Shown here: positions 39,401-53,309 of the stretch, piece by piece
Position numbering within the stretch: position 1 is the stretch's first letter
Layout of the letters: each line of letters opens with the position of its first letter
DNA from: Rhynchobatus australiae
Lineage: Eukaryota
Length of the DNA stretch: 64,000 bases
Direction of reading: 5' to 3'
NCBI GenBank assembly: GCA_034780895.1
Contig: JAUZTB010000002.1
Location: forward strand, 84,185,880-84,249,879
The notes under the pieces: model-generated
Seen by the model: the letters and a program-made list of their open reading frames with translations, nothing else
Told to the model about the DNA's origin: nothing
The model's database searches: none
Position numbers and translations under genes: made by a program

Positions 39401-40740
39401 TCAACATGGACCTGTGGGGCCAAATGGTCAAACGCTGTGAGTTTCTGTGATTGGTTACTTCTTAGGTACTCTCTGTCCAGACTCATATATGGGGAGTAGT
39501 TACTTGGAAGCAGGTCCAGGTCTGTTGTGTCTGAAAGAAAGTTACAGGGATATCATAGCACACAGCGATGTGAGAAGCTTGGAAGATACTCAGTTAGATG
39601 TTCTCAATAGTTCTCATGTTACCACTTGAGCCTTGATTACAGTACAACTCACCAAAAGCCTCTGAAAATTTTCTGTTAGCTTGTGGTGAGAATGTCAGCA
39701 GAGACAGCCCTGTTCCCCAACCCTGCTTACGAATCCCCCTTCACCATCTTTACCCCATCCACTAATCCCTCAAAAGATGCCAGGTTCAAATCCCCTAGGC
39801 TATAAAGCTTCCTGATTTCAACCAGGATGAACACAGGAGATTGAATTTTGGCCTTACCACCCCTCAGTTGATTGTTCAAGGTTCCTATTTGGATTGGATT
39901 ATAGTCTACTATCCCAACATTGCCTGTTCCCGAACCTTGCCTCACTTTTGAAAAGATTATCTCCAGAATGTTCCTCTTTCTCTCATACCAACTCACACTT
40001 GGTGATAGATTCACATGCGGTAAGTGGGTGCTAAATTGAGGAATAGTAGGGCAGGCACCACACACTGAATTATATTTCACCTTTCAGGAATATAGAAAAA
40101 TTAGATTTTAATAAAGGAGATTCAGTGTTAGAGTAGAACTGGATGTGATTTAGGTAAATGAACCGTGATTGATGGACTTCAGTTATGTGGAGGACTAGAG
40201 AAATTGGGGTTGTTCTCTGTGGAACAGAGAAAGTCCAGGGGAGATTTAATAGAGCTGTTCAGAATCACAAAGGAGTTTGATAGTGTCGCCTATATGTTGT
40301 TATGATCTGTAATGTACAACTGAAATAGATAATGGAACCGAATTCAATGGTGACTCAATACGGAAATTGAATAAATGTTTCCAGTGGGGAAAGTCTGCAG
40401 AGCTTAAGGGAAAGCACAGGAGAATGGGACAAATTGCATAGCACTTTCAAAGTGCTGGCACAGCCATGGCCTCCTCCTGCGCTGTAATGATTCCATAATA
40501 CTAACAGTGCATCCTGACTATATGAACTGATGCAAAGCCCTATNNNNNNNNNNNNNNNNNNNNNNNNNNNNNNNNNNNNNNNNNNNNNNNNNNNNNNNNN
40601 NNNNNNNNNNNNNNNNNNNNNNNNNNNNNNNNNNNNNNNNNNNTGTCCCCAATGTATCTGGAATAACAGGATCTTAGTGCATATCAATTAAATTCTATCT
40701 CTTCATAGGTAAGGGAACCATTTTCTATCTATTGCTTAGG

Positions 40741-41372
40741 TTAGTAAAGAAGGCATACAGTATGCTTGCCTTCACCAGTCAGGGCATTGAGTATAAAAGT
40801 TGGCAAGTTATGTTGCAGCTGTATAAAACTTTGGTTAGGTCACATTTGGAGTGCTGTGTGCAGTTCTGATCGCCACACTATAGGAATGATGTGGAGGATT
40901 TGGAGAGGGTGCAGAAGAGATTCACCGGGATGTTGCCTGGATTATTAGACTGTATTAGCTATAAGGAGGGGTTGGACAAACTTGGATTGTTTTTTCTGGC
41001 ATGTCAGAGGCTCGGGGCAATCTGATGGAAGTATACAAAGTTATGTGAAGTGCAGATAGGGTAGATGTAGTCTTTTTCCCAGGGTAGAAATGTCAGATAC
41101 TAAAGGGCTTAGCTTTAATGTGAAATGAGGAAAGGTTAAAGGAGATGTGTGAGGCAAGTTTTTTTCATGTGGAGAATGGTAGGCACCTGGAATGCTTTGC
41201 CAGAGGAGTTGGTAGAAGTACATAAACACTAGTGTTTAAGAGGCATTTAGACAATCAGAAAGTAGAAGGATGCAGCCCATGTGCCAGATGGGATTAGTTA
41301 GATTAGCATCAAGGTCGGTGCAGACATGGTGGGCTAAAGGGCCTATTCCTGTACCTGTTTGATGTTCTTTGT
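40741..41372 (+). mobile_element. CR1 LINE 3' fragment
   Basis: gtaaagaaggcatacagtatgcttgccttc, ttgcagctgtataaaactttggttagg (LQLYKTLVR), gtgcagaagagattcaccgggatgttgcc (VQKRFTGML), followed by a CR1 tail. Confidence 0.88.
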
Positions 41373-42449
41373 TCCAACCACCTAAGCCTGTTTTAAATTG
41401 TAAGTGGGTGCGTTACATTGATGGTTGTCTACAGTTCATAATTTCTGGGTGCCCAAGATGAACCACTACCAGTTTTTTTTTCAGATGTTTTTTTGGCCAC
41501 TCAAGGAAGTCCACAGAGAATAAAAGATGATCAGGGGTCTGGCACTACACTTTTTTATTTGTTTTTCTGGGTACAGTTCAGAAAGAAATCATCCTGCTAT
41601 ATTCCCAAATATTTTTGATGATAAAAAAAATAGCCATTTTGCCTAAATACTTAAAATGCTTTACAACCAAAGTAATGAAAATTTGGACAACTATGAGCTA
41701 TGTTTATATGAGTACATTCTAGCATTCTCTCTTGTCTCAGATGTATAATCGATTTATTGAGACTGTGACTTTCACTCCAGTTAGCTATAATACAGCTCCT
41801 CAAGGAGTACGAATCTAACTGGGTCCCCTGGGTCCACCAAGACAGAATGATAGTACTTTATTATAATCTGGAAATGACAAAATATGAAGTCATGCATCCA
41901 AGTGGAAGTAAATTTCAATCTCTCACTACAGTGGATGTTCTCAAACGAGATGAACAAAAATGAAATAGTAGCACTTCTAATATCCACGATGATTGCAAAT
42001 AAACAATAAAGGGTTGCTTTGGATTGAAGTGTGGGGAAACCTTTACTAAGACATCGCATTTTCAATATTTGGAGGTTCTTCTCTGAGCATGCAACTTTTT
42101 GCAGCAAGCCTATCCCCAGAGGTATGAACTGCTCAGACGCAACTGGTTGATGACAATTGATTTTTGGATGTGTAAATAAGTACAATACTATTACTTATGT
42201 GTGATGAGGGAACGAAGAGCAATTAGAAAAGTCCTAGTAGCATTGTTGTGCTGTTCATTCTTTCATTGTTGTAGGAGGTGGTTGTTAGGAAATATTTCCT
42301 CCATTGGGATTAGCACTTAATTCATTTTCGCATATTCGGCATAAGGGGCGGTCTATCTGATTGCTGCAACAAGGATGCAAAGTTTTCCAAGGCCTGGCTA
42401 TATGTATAAAATGCCAACATAGTTGACTATTAACTACATGGAGCATACA

Positions 42450-42785
42450 ACATTCTTACTGAGTTTGACAGAGCAGGCGGAAGGTTGATGTTTTCCCCGG
42501 CTGGGGTTTTGAACCAAAGGTTCGGTCACTCAGAGCAGAGCTGAGAAGAAATTTCTTCCCCGGGAGGGTGGCGAATCTTTGTCGTTCTCAACCCATCAGA
42601 GTTCTAGAGGCTGAGTCACTCAGCGTATTCAAGGCAGAGATCAATGGATTTTTGCTTATTAAGGGAATCGAGCGATGTGGTTAGTGCAAGAAAGTGTCAC
42701 TGAGATAAAAGATCAGCCATGATCTTAGTTAACAGCATGGAGGCTCAAAGGGGCCCAGAGGCTTTTCTCTGTTTCTGTTTGTTAT
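42450..42785 (+). mobile_element. CR1 LINE 3' fragment
   Basis: tgagaagaaatttcttc, ttcaaggcagagatcaatggattttt and agatcagccatgatctt motifs. Confidence 0.7.
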
Positions 42786-43424
42786 CCCTTAAGTACAAAA
42801 TATTTCCTTTGTACAGAGCTGGTGGTGAGAGCTGAATGATTCAGCCACTGATATCGCTCAGAACCCTAGAAAGCTTGATGATAATTATATTGGAAAAATC
42901 GGACCCTTCCTGGTTCACCAAGAACTTCTTTCTTGAATGTTTTGTGTTAACACATTTAGAAAATAGAACAAAATAATTACTTGAGGGGAAAGAGAAGAAT
43001 GAAACTAATCTTTTTTCAGAGCTAGTCTGCTGATGCTGTAATTGTTTCAAGATGATATACAGCTGTAAAATGAAGGCCCTCCATTGAACTGTTTTGCACC
43101 AGGTAGTTACTCTCCCACTCATTCATTCACTGCACTGCTGACTCTAATGCAGGCCTGGAGAAAATCTTACTTTATATCAAAGAGACTATATTTTTAAGTT
43201 GTTATTGAAATCAAAAAGGGAATTATTTTGCCCAGCTTCTCATTTCCCATAGAAGCTTAATAAAAATGCAGTGAGTTTGACAGGATTTGGTTCGCGCAAG
43301 GATCACCTCATGTGTAAGGGGAAAAAAATTAATTCATTACAGATGAAAGGCTTGGTTTACTTATTTTTTAGGTCAATAAAAACAAATTACTGATGGAGGC
43401 CATTTTCGAAGAATATCCCAGCTT

Positions 43425-43690
43425 GGTGTAGCGATTACAGCACCAGCAACCCTGGTTCAATTCCAGCCACTGTCTATAAGGAGTTTGTACGTTCTCCCTG
43501 TGTCTGTGTGGGTTTCCTCCAGGTGCTCCAATTTCCTCTCACATTCCAAAGGGTTAGGAAGTTGTGGGTATGCTATGTTGGCACCGGAAGCATGGCGACA
43601 CTTGTGGGCTGCCTCCAGAACACTCTGTGCAAAAAGATGCATCTCACTGTGTGTTTCGATGTACATGTGACTAATAAAGAGATCTTATCT
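43425..43690 (+). mobile_element. tRNA-derived V-SINE-like SINE with Rex1-like tail
   Basis: tggtgtagcgattacagcaccagcaaccctggttcaattcc head, V-core gggtttcctccaggtgctccaatttcctctcacat, and tail tcactgtgtgtttcgatgtacatgtgactaataaag. Confidence 0.8.
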
Positions 43691-45490
43691 TACTTACTGT
43701 TCTCCTCTATGGAAGGATGCTTCATAGAATTATAGAAAATGTAGAGAGTAGAAGGAGGCCATTCAGCCTATCATGTCCTTGATGGTCAAATTACAGTTCT
43801 TCAGCTAATGCCAATTCCAGCTTCTAGTGGGTGGCCCACAGTTCAGAACTAAAATTGATTTTAGACTGGCTGAGAATGAAGCTTTGCAAATATTACTACA
43901 ATTACATTTGAGTATCACCCCATTTTTAAAAAAATTGAACCGGATTTAATTTAGATGTTGCATTTTAGTCATTTCCATCAATCTTGAGTAACCCTGTAGG
44001 GTTATTGGGGAAGAGACTGGAAAGAACATAGGCAAAAAAGGCAGGTTATAATATTTGAGATTCATTCTTTTATTCTGCATAACCCTCTTGGAGATTTTAG
44101 TGGGGAGTCACAAAGCACTGTCATGTGCTACATTGTTGCTGCACTGATTTCCTGTTCTGAAGTGGTTTCTCTGAAATGGCCATTCAGGGAGATCAGCACA
44201 GAGACCAAAAATACTTAAAAGCTGAAGAACAACAGTAGCAGTGATCCACATGAAAATTCATAAAAGATGAAAATGTATTTGCACTGATTTAAGTGAATGC
44301 AAAAATGGAATCCTCATTGAAGCCAAAATCAGAAAAGTAGTTAATAAGTGTATTTTTAGATAAATGTGTCAGGAATTGCAAGTGCCACCTGTTAACAGGT
44401 AACACACAGACCCTTTGAATCATTGACCGTTGGTCCATGCAAATATAGGACTCCATTAAACAGAAAGATTGTGCAGGTGACATGCTTGAATCATGAAGAA
44501 TCTCCTGGAAAATAACAACTTCTCACAGTGTTCACAATTTAATTGTTTTTTTTAATAAATGCATTTTGGGTAGCTGCATTTAAAATTAAATAATTGTATC
44601 TCCCCTAGCATTGGTCTCTTACTCTGGCACTTCTGCTTTCTCTTTCTTTCTTCCTTTCTTTCTCTCTTCCTGCTTCTTAAACTCTCTGTTTTGCTGCATC
44701 TTGTTCTTCTACATTGCTCCCACAAAACTGTAAAAGCAACCTTGTCACTGCATCATTTCTCAAATTCAAAAGAGTTGATTACCGCAAATTAATCATCTGG
44801 GTGAGGATCGAGCCCATATTCTGGGAGAAAGTAAGCAGAGTATGGCTACAGCGTGGAGATTATTCCCTAATGACCAAGTGATTGTACACTAAGAGTCATT
44901 CAGTGATAAATCATGGAGATAGCATTTTTATCCTTGGACAATTTAACAATCTTTTCTGGTGTACAAGAAGGCCGCAGGTTGGGAGTGGAAAGTGTTGCCT
45001 AATGTTCCCACCATGTGAATGAAAAAGAGAGAGCACAACACTTTACATTTAATAATGTTGCCTATCTCTGGTCACCTGCCATTGCCATTCTAGGACCACT
45101 GTTGAGCAGAAACTCAACCAGCCTAAATGTCTTGGCTACTGGAGCACGTCTGTACCTCAATACCTAACTCCCTAAATCTTTGCCACGACATAAAAGTAAA
45201 GAGTGTGATGGGTCCCCACCCGTTTTACTTGAACGGAGAAAGCTGCAGCAACTGACAAGAGACTCGACACTTTCCAGATCAAAGCAGTCTGCTTGATCAG
45301 TGCATCCCTCACCAGATCTCATTGCCACTCCCTCCAACTGTAATGAGCAATATAGCAACTTTGCAAAACATGTTCTTTGCTATATGGATCAATGTTGCAT
45401 CCTCTGTCTGGAAAGGCATGGTTTGCAGCTGCATGAGTACATCACCCCACCGTGTATATGTTTCAATCGTAATATGTGTGTTTGTGTGTG

Positions 45491-45648
45491 CTCCTTTTAA
45501 ACTCACCAGGGTCTTATTTTCCAGGCTCCTTTTGAATTCACCGGGGCCTTGTTTCCCAGGCTCCCTTTATACTCATCGGCACCCTATTTCCAGCGCTTCC
45601 TTTAAACTCAGTGGGTTTTGTCTCCAGTGCTCTCTTTTATACTCACTG
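45491..45648. repeat. Degenerate ~35-bp minisatellite, about 4.5 copies
   Basis: Units start at 45491, 45526, 45561, 45596 and 45630, with approximate consensus ctccttt(t)aAactcaccggggycttrtttccagg. Confidence 0.85.
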
Positions 45649-48600
45649 AATTTTTTTTATTGTACTGCCTGTGCAGCACCTACAAGTGAACCAAGGGTGG
45701 GCTGGGATATTAATAGAAATAACATCCAACAGTCCAGAAAAGATGCCAGTTTGGCACCATCAGTCCTGAGGAAGCTGATTATCAGAGTTTTGTGTGAAAT
45801 AGATTAAAATTTGAGTGCTAAGTTTAATAACTGGGGTTATTCAAAGCAATGTTCCATAATGGTTATAGAATGGGTGTAAAAGTCTATTTGGGCTAAAAGA
45901 CAATTTAAAAGACAATTTAAATACTTGGAAACTGTGGTGAATATGAAAACACTACAATTAGTGTCAGGATATGGAAAGAATGTTGGTAAAAGTGACTTTC
46001 CAAGTTGGGGGCCACAGAACACAGATAACATGGTTCCCATGGTGAGCGTTTGATGCATGTGAGGAATTTTGCAAAGGGTTCTGAAAGGTCAGTCAGATAA
46101 AGGAAATGCTTCACATTTCCAGCCAACTTTTGGCAACTTGCCAGCTTCTATCTACTCTCACCATTGTAATGGTAAATTTGTACAACTTTTTAAATTATGG
46201 CAATAATTTGCATTTAGATCACCTTTTAAAATTCTCGTTTAAGACTAAAGATCTAAGCAGTGTGTCATTTGTGATGAAGATTTTCTAACACTGAGAGAGT
46301 TTGAGAACTCTCATGTGAGAATTGCCTCTAGCCAGATACAAAATGTTACCAAATCAAAACAGTTCAGATTATAAGGCTTCGTCAGGATGGGTCTAATTCC
46401 TCACTCTTAGTTTTGGCTTAATGGTAGCATTCCTGTCATTTAGAAGGTCTGCTTAAAGTCTCATCCAAAGAGGGTAGCTGATGATACAGCAAGTGCTCAG
46501 TACAGCACTGAAATATCAGGGATGGATTTTGTGCTTATGAGCTGTCTGAAGTGGCATGTGAACCTGCAACCTTCTGATTCAGAGTGCTGCAGTTTACCCT
46601 CCATCTATTATGTATTTGAAGGTCAATTTCACATTTTAAGTAATGTGTTCAAAAATCGATCAGTTTCATTCTGCTGAAATATTATAATGAAGATAGACTT
46701 TTTGCTTGTAGATGTTAGCAGTATGCAGTAGCACTTTTTGAATCCAAAAGATATGACTGAGTAGAAGAAGAGAGATTATTTAAAAGCAAATATATCACAG
46801 AGGCCTTTCCAAAACCTATATGTTCTTGTGAGATTCTGTGTAACTGCATTAGAATTTCAATTATCAGTGTGCTTCATCCTAAGGTTTTATAATTTTTAAG
46901 AACAGCTGGAAATAGTTTAATAATTGCTTGAGGAAAAGCAGGCTGGCATCTATATTAATGTTGCATTTAGAATATGCATAGTGCCCTGTTATATAAAGAA
47001 GGCGTTCAATGGAAGTGAGAGCTATAAATGACCTAAATCATTCCCCTGCTGTGCTAAATCGGTCAGAGCCCCCAAAGATTGCAGTAATTTACATGGTTAT
47101 GATGATTAAACTCTCAACGATTACTTTGGGGGCTTGTCCTCTGGTAATTCTGGACTTTGCATCATTACTAAAAGAGGCCTGGCTATTGTATGGATAAAAA
47201 AGTATTCATTAAATAATGCCACGTTACAACCTATGTGTATAAATAAATAATATTTTATTAAATCAAGAGAGATTTCTTTACTTAGAGGACTGTTAGATTG
47301 TGGCCATCGCCGCCACAGGAAATGAATGACAACTAGCTTAGATGCTTTGCTTCCAAACTGAAACAAAGGAAACTGCTGTAAAGCTGAGCTGAGGTAAATG
47401 GATTACAAAGAGTGTCATGTGAAGTATAATCACCACTATCGACTGGATTGGTCAAGTAACATGCCCTGGTGCTGTATTTGCAATCTAGTTAATCCCTTTT
47501 TTACATTATATTCTAATTACATACTGTTACTTTAAGAAGCACAAATTAGATTCCTTCAATATAATTGAATGACACAATGGGAATTGTGGCATATACTAGG
47601 AGCAAAATGCAGCAGATGCTAGAATGCTGAAACAAAAACANNNNNNNNNNNNNNNNNNNNNNNNNNNNNNNNNNNNNNNNNNNNNNNNNNNNNNNNNNNN
47701 NNNNNNNNNNNNNNNNNNNNNNNNNNNNNNNNNNNNNNNNNNNNNNNNNNNNNNNNNNNNNNNNNNNNNNNNNNNNNNNNNNNNNNNNNNNNNNNNNNNN
47801 NNNNNNNNNNNNNNNNNNNNNNNNNNNNNNNNNNNNNNNNNNNNNNNNNNNNNNNNNNNNNNNNNNNNNNNNNNNNNNNNNNNNNNNNNNNNNNNNNNNN
47901 NNNNNNNNNNNNNNNNNNNNNNNNNNNNNNNNNNNNNNNNNNNNNNNNNNNNNNNNNNNNNNNNNNNNNNNNNNNNNNNNNNNNNNNNNNNNNNNNNNNN
48001 NNNNNNNNNNNNNNNNNNNNNNNNNNNNNNNNNNNNNNNNNNNNNNNNNNNNNNNNNNNNNNNNNNNNNNNNNNNNNNNNNNNNNNNNNNNNNNNNNNNN
48101 NNNNNNNNNNNNNNNNNNNNNNNNNNNNNNNNNNNNNNNNNNNNNNNNNNNNNNNNNNNNNNNNNNNNNNNNNNNNNNNNNNNNNNNNNNNNNNNNNNNN
48201 NNNNNNNNNNNNNNNNAATAGCAGGTGGAAGGTGAAGAATATTTTAATGTAATGTGTTCTGTAACCCAAAGAGGACTGTGGATGCTCAGTTGTTGATTGC
48301 ATTCAAGACTAGGATTGATAGGTGCTGATACTTAATGGAACCGGGGGTAGTGCTGGTGTAGGAATAACTTATTGAATGGTGGAGAAGGCCCAAAGAGACG
48401 AATGGTCTCCTGCTGTTCCTATTTCTTATGTTATCTTTCAGAATGTTGGAAGTAGTTTAATAAGTTTGTTTTTACGATTAGAAAGCATTATTAGGCATCT
48501 TAGATCAGTAGTGCAGTATAATTCAGAATATACTAATAGCATCAATTTCAGTTAACAGCTGCAGAAATTAAAATTGTAAAAATAATGACAGTATTTAGAA

Positions 48601-51600
48601 ATCTCATAGCTTTGTACTAGGTTCAAACTCAAATCTGTGGTATTAACGCACAAATTATATTGCTTCAGGTTACATATCTGTCCATCGACATTGTACAAAA
48701 GTTCAGCAGTTGTTATTCAATTCAGTAGCAATGCAGTGTAATAATATAATGCTTTGATGTACCAGTGGCACAGTTTGCTGTTTTGAGAGAGTTTTAGTGA
48801 ATCATATAAACTCTGCAGTACAGGTAGTTTGATAGTTACGTTACTAAGAAACACAGATCTTCAAAGCACAGATTTAAACAGGTTTTCCTGAATGCAATGG
48901 TAGTATAAACATTGCGGCCCTCCTAATGCAAATAGTGTTCCTTAATCCATCAATTATAACCAATTGACGTTGTGAAAACACGTGTTATAGCAGAACTACC
49001 TGTGGTATAAAGATGTGATTACAGTTGTGCAGCATCAGTGATCTTAAGAGTTCTTTTTAAATTAAGTGCATCAAACATTTACAAGTAGACAGCGTTCATT
49101 CATTATTCCTCAGACTTTTTCCTGATGCTCAATAATCATGTTCCATAGAATCTGAGTGAAATATTAAAATGAAGTTGTTTGAATCTTACAATACTTGTTG
49201 TAAGTTATTAAACACTGGGGTAAAGAATGAGCAGTATTTAGTTTTGTGATTTTGGCCTCAAATGAGAAATCGTGGGTGATGCTGTTTATTCTAAATGAGC
49301 AATAACAATCAGTACAATGGCTATACCCTTTACAATAACAAGGATCCATGGTAAGTGAACAACTGAATTGTCTCTGCTGCTGAATGCAGACCCTTCTTAT
49401 AACTGTAGTCTTCTGTAGGCATGTTCGGCTCCATACATTCATTACCATGGGAAGTTGTCAGAATTACTTGATGTAGTCTCATGAATTGCATCTTATTCTG
49501 AATGGCACATACAAAGCTTGGTGAGTAGCTTGCTTTCTGCAATCAGCAATTCATCTGCAGCACCTTTTCTGCCTCTCTGCCACCATTTACAGTTTAAACC
49601 GAGAGCATGCATAGATTCAGCCGTAGCCATGACTGTTTGACTGATTTGTCAAGCTATGGTTGAATTGTGTGAAAGAGAATACTTTTACCTGAAGAGCATT
49701 CTGTCTTCTCTGAGCTGATCAAGCTGACAGGAAGCTGATCAATATTGCCCCCTAGGGGAAACCTGTGCAAATGTCAGTCAAAATGAAATTCAATTCTTAC
49801 AACATTTTTCTCTTGCAGACAAAAATATTTCATTTTGTTTCAATTGAATTATGTATTGCTCTGTCTATTTTATTTTGTTGTAGTTCACTTTTATCTACTT
49901 GGTGTCTTCAGAGCATCTCCTCTGCAGTAATGCCCAAACTATTGCATCACATCCCTGAATTCAGGGGATATTTATGTAACTCAATTTTGAGGTAAATTTG
50001 GATTGTTACCTCCAGGTATTAGTTAAACCCTATGGTATACTAGTTTGTGATGACACCATTAATTTGAAAAGGCAAAAATGTGCGTGTATTTCCATGTTTC
50101 TTTTAAATGAGGGATATAGTCAACTAAAAGAGTAGATATCCTGACCCCTTATTTCTTCGGTCACATATAATTCCTAAACATGTGTGGAACAGAATATTAC
50201 ACTATAATTTGCATGGAACAATGAATTGCTTCTTTTCACAAAGTCTGGAGTACTCTTAATATATATGGAATTACATATTGTAGCTAATCCAGCTTAAGGT
50301 ATCTCTTGTACCCTAACATATTTAATTGGAGATAAGTATGTATTGTGCCCTAATCGGGATGAAGAATGCACATTACTCTCTTACTCAAGGTCTCGACCCG
50401 AAACGGCGACCATCCCTTTGCCTCCACAGATGCTGCTTGACTTAGTTTTTCCAGCAGTTTATTTTTGCTTCAGGTTCCAACATCTGTGGTCCCTTGTGTC
50501 TACATGTTACCCTAACCTGGATAAAGGGTATTCTGTACCCTGTTTAGTGTGTGAGCTATATTGTGCTTTGATTATAGGGTATATTGCACCCTCGTGTGCA
50601 TTGCACTTTAATTTGCATGTTGTAAACTGATGGTAGATGTANNNNNNNNNNNNNNNNNGGTATTTTGTACTGGAACCTGTATGAAGAATATAGTAACCTA
50701 ATCTACATGAAGTTTATATAATAATTTAATCTGTGTGGAATGATATATTGTACTCTGTGGAATGTGACAAATGAGAATTGGTTAACATGTGATAATGAAC
50801 TGGCATGCCTGTTGCTGCTCTGATTTATTTGTGAGTCAGTTTTATTACTCACATGTAAATTAGTGGACCTGGCATGAGGCTTTTTCTTAAATTTCTTTAA
50901 GTAAACTACATATTTAATTGGGAAAATAACTGCAGTTGCTAGAAATCTTGAATAAAAATGGTGAACCCTGGAACTACTCCAAAGGTCAGGCAGCATCTGT
51001 GGAGAGACAGAGTTAACTTGTCAGATGAATGACCTTTCATCAGAACTAGGAAAAGTTATAAATCAAACATGTTTTAAGTTGCAGAGAAGCAGGCTGCGGG
51101 AGGGGACGACAAATGGGCCATCTGTCATAGGGTGGAGTCCACGTAAGACAGTGACACAGGTGGCTGAGAGAGAATGCGAAGGTTTATTAGTTATAGCTGA
51201 TCTACACAGATACGGCCACTGGGTAAGGCCAAGCTGAGGTTTAACTTTTATGCTCCACAGTTGAACAGATCTGCCTAACATCCATTATTTATTGGCTACT
51301 CCAGTAAAGTATCACCAAAAAGATCTGAGATTGGATCCTCAACTTATTTCTGATATATCTGGAGTAGTCTTTTCAGTGTATTTCAGAGGTCAGATCTAAG
51401 CACATTATACACATTGCTTTTCTATAACAAATTTGTGTAGACCCTTTAATATATCAAATCCCTTGTGTTGTTTCAATGAATGTAGGAAGAAAAGATTTGG
51501 GCAAGTGAATGAAAAGTTTGGTTGATGAAACAGAAATTGAGGATCTGGAGGGAGTTGATGAGAATGTGGAGAAACAACACACACCAGCAAAGGTGGGGAT

Positions 51601-53309
51601 GAATGTATGCTATGACTGCACCTGACTTCTCGGCAAACTCAGAGAAAATTGTATTGGATTAAGTTCATTTTTAACATGCCCTTTGATTAATTTTGTATGC
51701 CATTCAGCTTTCTGTTGATTAATGATCAGAAAAGCAATTATTTATCAGTGTATCCTTCTTGATGATCCAGTAAATTCATCTCCTGTCCATCTTATAGAGT
51801 GTAACAGACTGCAGGAAAAGCAGTATTCCAACCTACACTTTGGATGATATTGTAAACCAGTAGAATAAAACCCAGATCTGGGTTCTTTCTTTCCCACAAC
51901 TATTTTGTTATTATTTATGAAGTTATGTCTTGTCATCTATGTGTGAAATGAAAATAGTTTCCTTTGTTTGTCTCATAACTTTCTTCATGTCCCTGATGTT
52001 GCCCTTGACCTTGCTGTCAGCAGCAAAGTTTGCAGAAAGATCCCCACAAAGATCTGGCAATCTCTGTGGTAAGGACCTCCCCTTTCCTGAAGCTAGCTGC
52101 TGTCAAGTTTCAATACAAGTAGCCTCTAGCAATCAGCAGCTGTGATGTTATCAATCACATTCAAGATTTTTCATAGCCAACAGAGCCAGAAGCAAAATGC
52201 GCAATTTTTAATTAACATTTTAAACACTGCAGAGACCTAAATTAAGAAATGGTTATGCACATGTGATTAAAGTAGTTGATGAGCTATCCTGAACCTTTTC
52301 TTAAAATAAATTAATACCTCACATTTTAAATTATTCATATGAGAAATCTATAATGCGCATATATCATTTTTTTAGGGCCAGATAGTTTTAAGTATTAATT
52401 ATTATGCCTCAGCATATCATCCCATCCTAGGGTGGGAGAACTGTCAGAAAAGATTGTACTAAATGGGTCTACTTTCAGAGGAGTTTATAAGAGTGAGATG
52501 GTCCCATTGAAAGATTCAGGAAGACCTTGACGAGATGAATAATGAGAGCTTGTCCAGAGAGTCTAGAATTAGGGAACATAGCGTCACCCTAGATAGAATT
52601 GGAGTTAAAAGAAATTTCTGGAAAACAGGCTGTGGATCTTTGGAAATCTGGACCTCAAGAGTTTATAAGGCTGAAATGGATAATCTTTTGAAATCCAGAG
52701 ATCTGAAAATTGGGCAGGAAAGTGGCAGAATATGTGCCATGATCTCCCAGAACAGTGGGGCAGGAGCAGGCTCACGAGGCATACTACTGCTCCTATTTCT
52801 TGTGTTTTTAAAAATCATTGTGACCTTGTGTATTCAGAATTAAAACTTGCAAGGTATTTTAGAGTGAGACTCGTTTACAAATAGCTTAACTGTATATCTT
52901 TTCCAATAATTTCTCTTGGTTGCAATGGCAAAGGCTCAGCTTGTGGACCTATGCTGAAGCACGGTCAGTAACTTCAGGATTCCTTCTTTGTACTCAACAT
53001 TTGCAGAAATCCCAAAGATGTTGTCATTCTCATAAAGTTGAAGTAACGACAGCCACTGAGTTCACTGCCATTATCTTCACGTGCTCTAGGCCTTTGTGTT
53101 CTGTAGCAGTATATGATGTCCAAACTTGCTTGGAAAGTTTATAAGGAAGCAATGATAAGTTAAGATGACTTGTTGCAGTTGGTGAAATCTAAAACCAGAT
53201 ATAAAGAGATATAGAATTATGTAGAAAATCAATCATACCTCTGAAAAAAACATAGCAGCACATTATTTGAAAAGTGGCAAATTGTTAGACCATGAGCTTA
53301 CGCACTTGT

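Noticed and set aside
41781-42185. 134-aa minus-strand ORF as a nested gene
   Set aside because: No recognisable domain or coding-like composition; consistent with a chance ORF.
45322-45807. 161-aa ORF, and the tandem array as a possible CRISPR
   Set aside because: The ORF runs through a stop-poor minisatellite. The repeats are contiguous and diverged with no spacers or cas genes, in a vertebrate intron.
48232-48260. gtgaagaatatt (VKNI) as a possible start of the next MRPS5 exon
   Set aside because: It lies in a CR1 3' fragment, lacks a polypyrimidine acceptor, and does not continue as MTAKEGRK.
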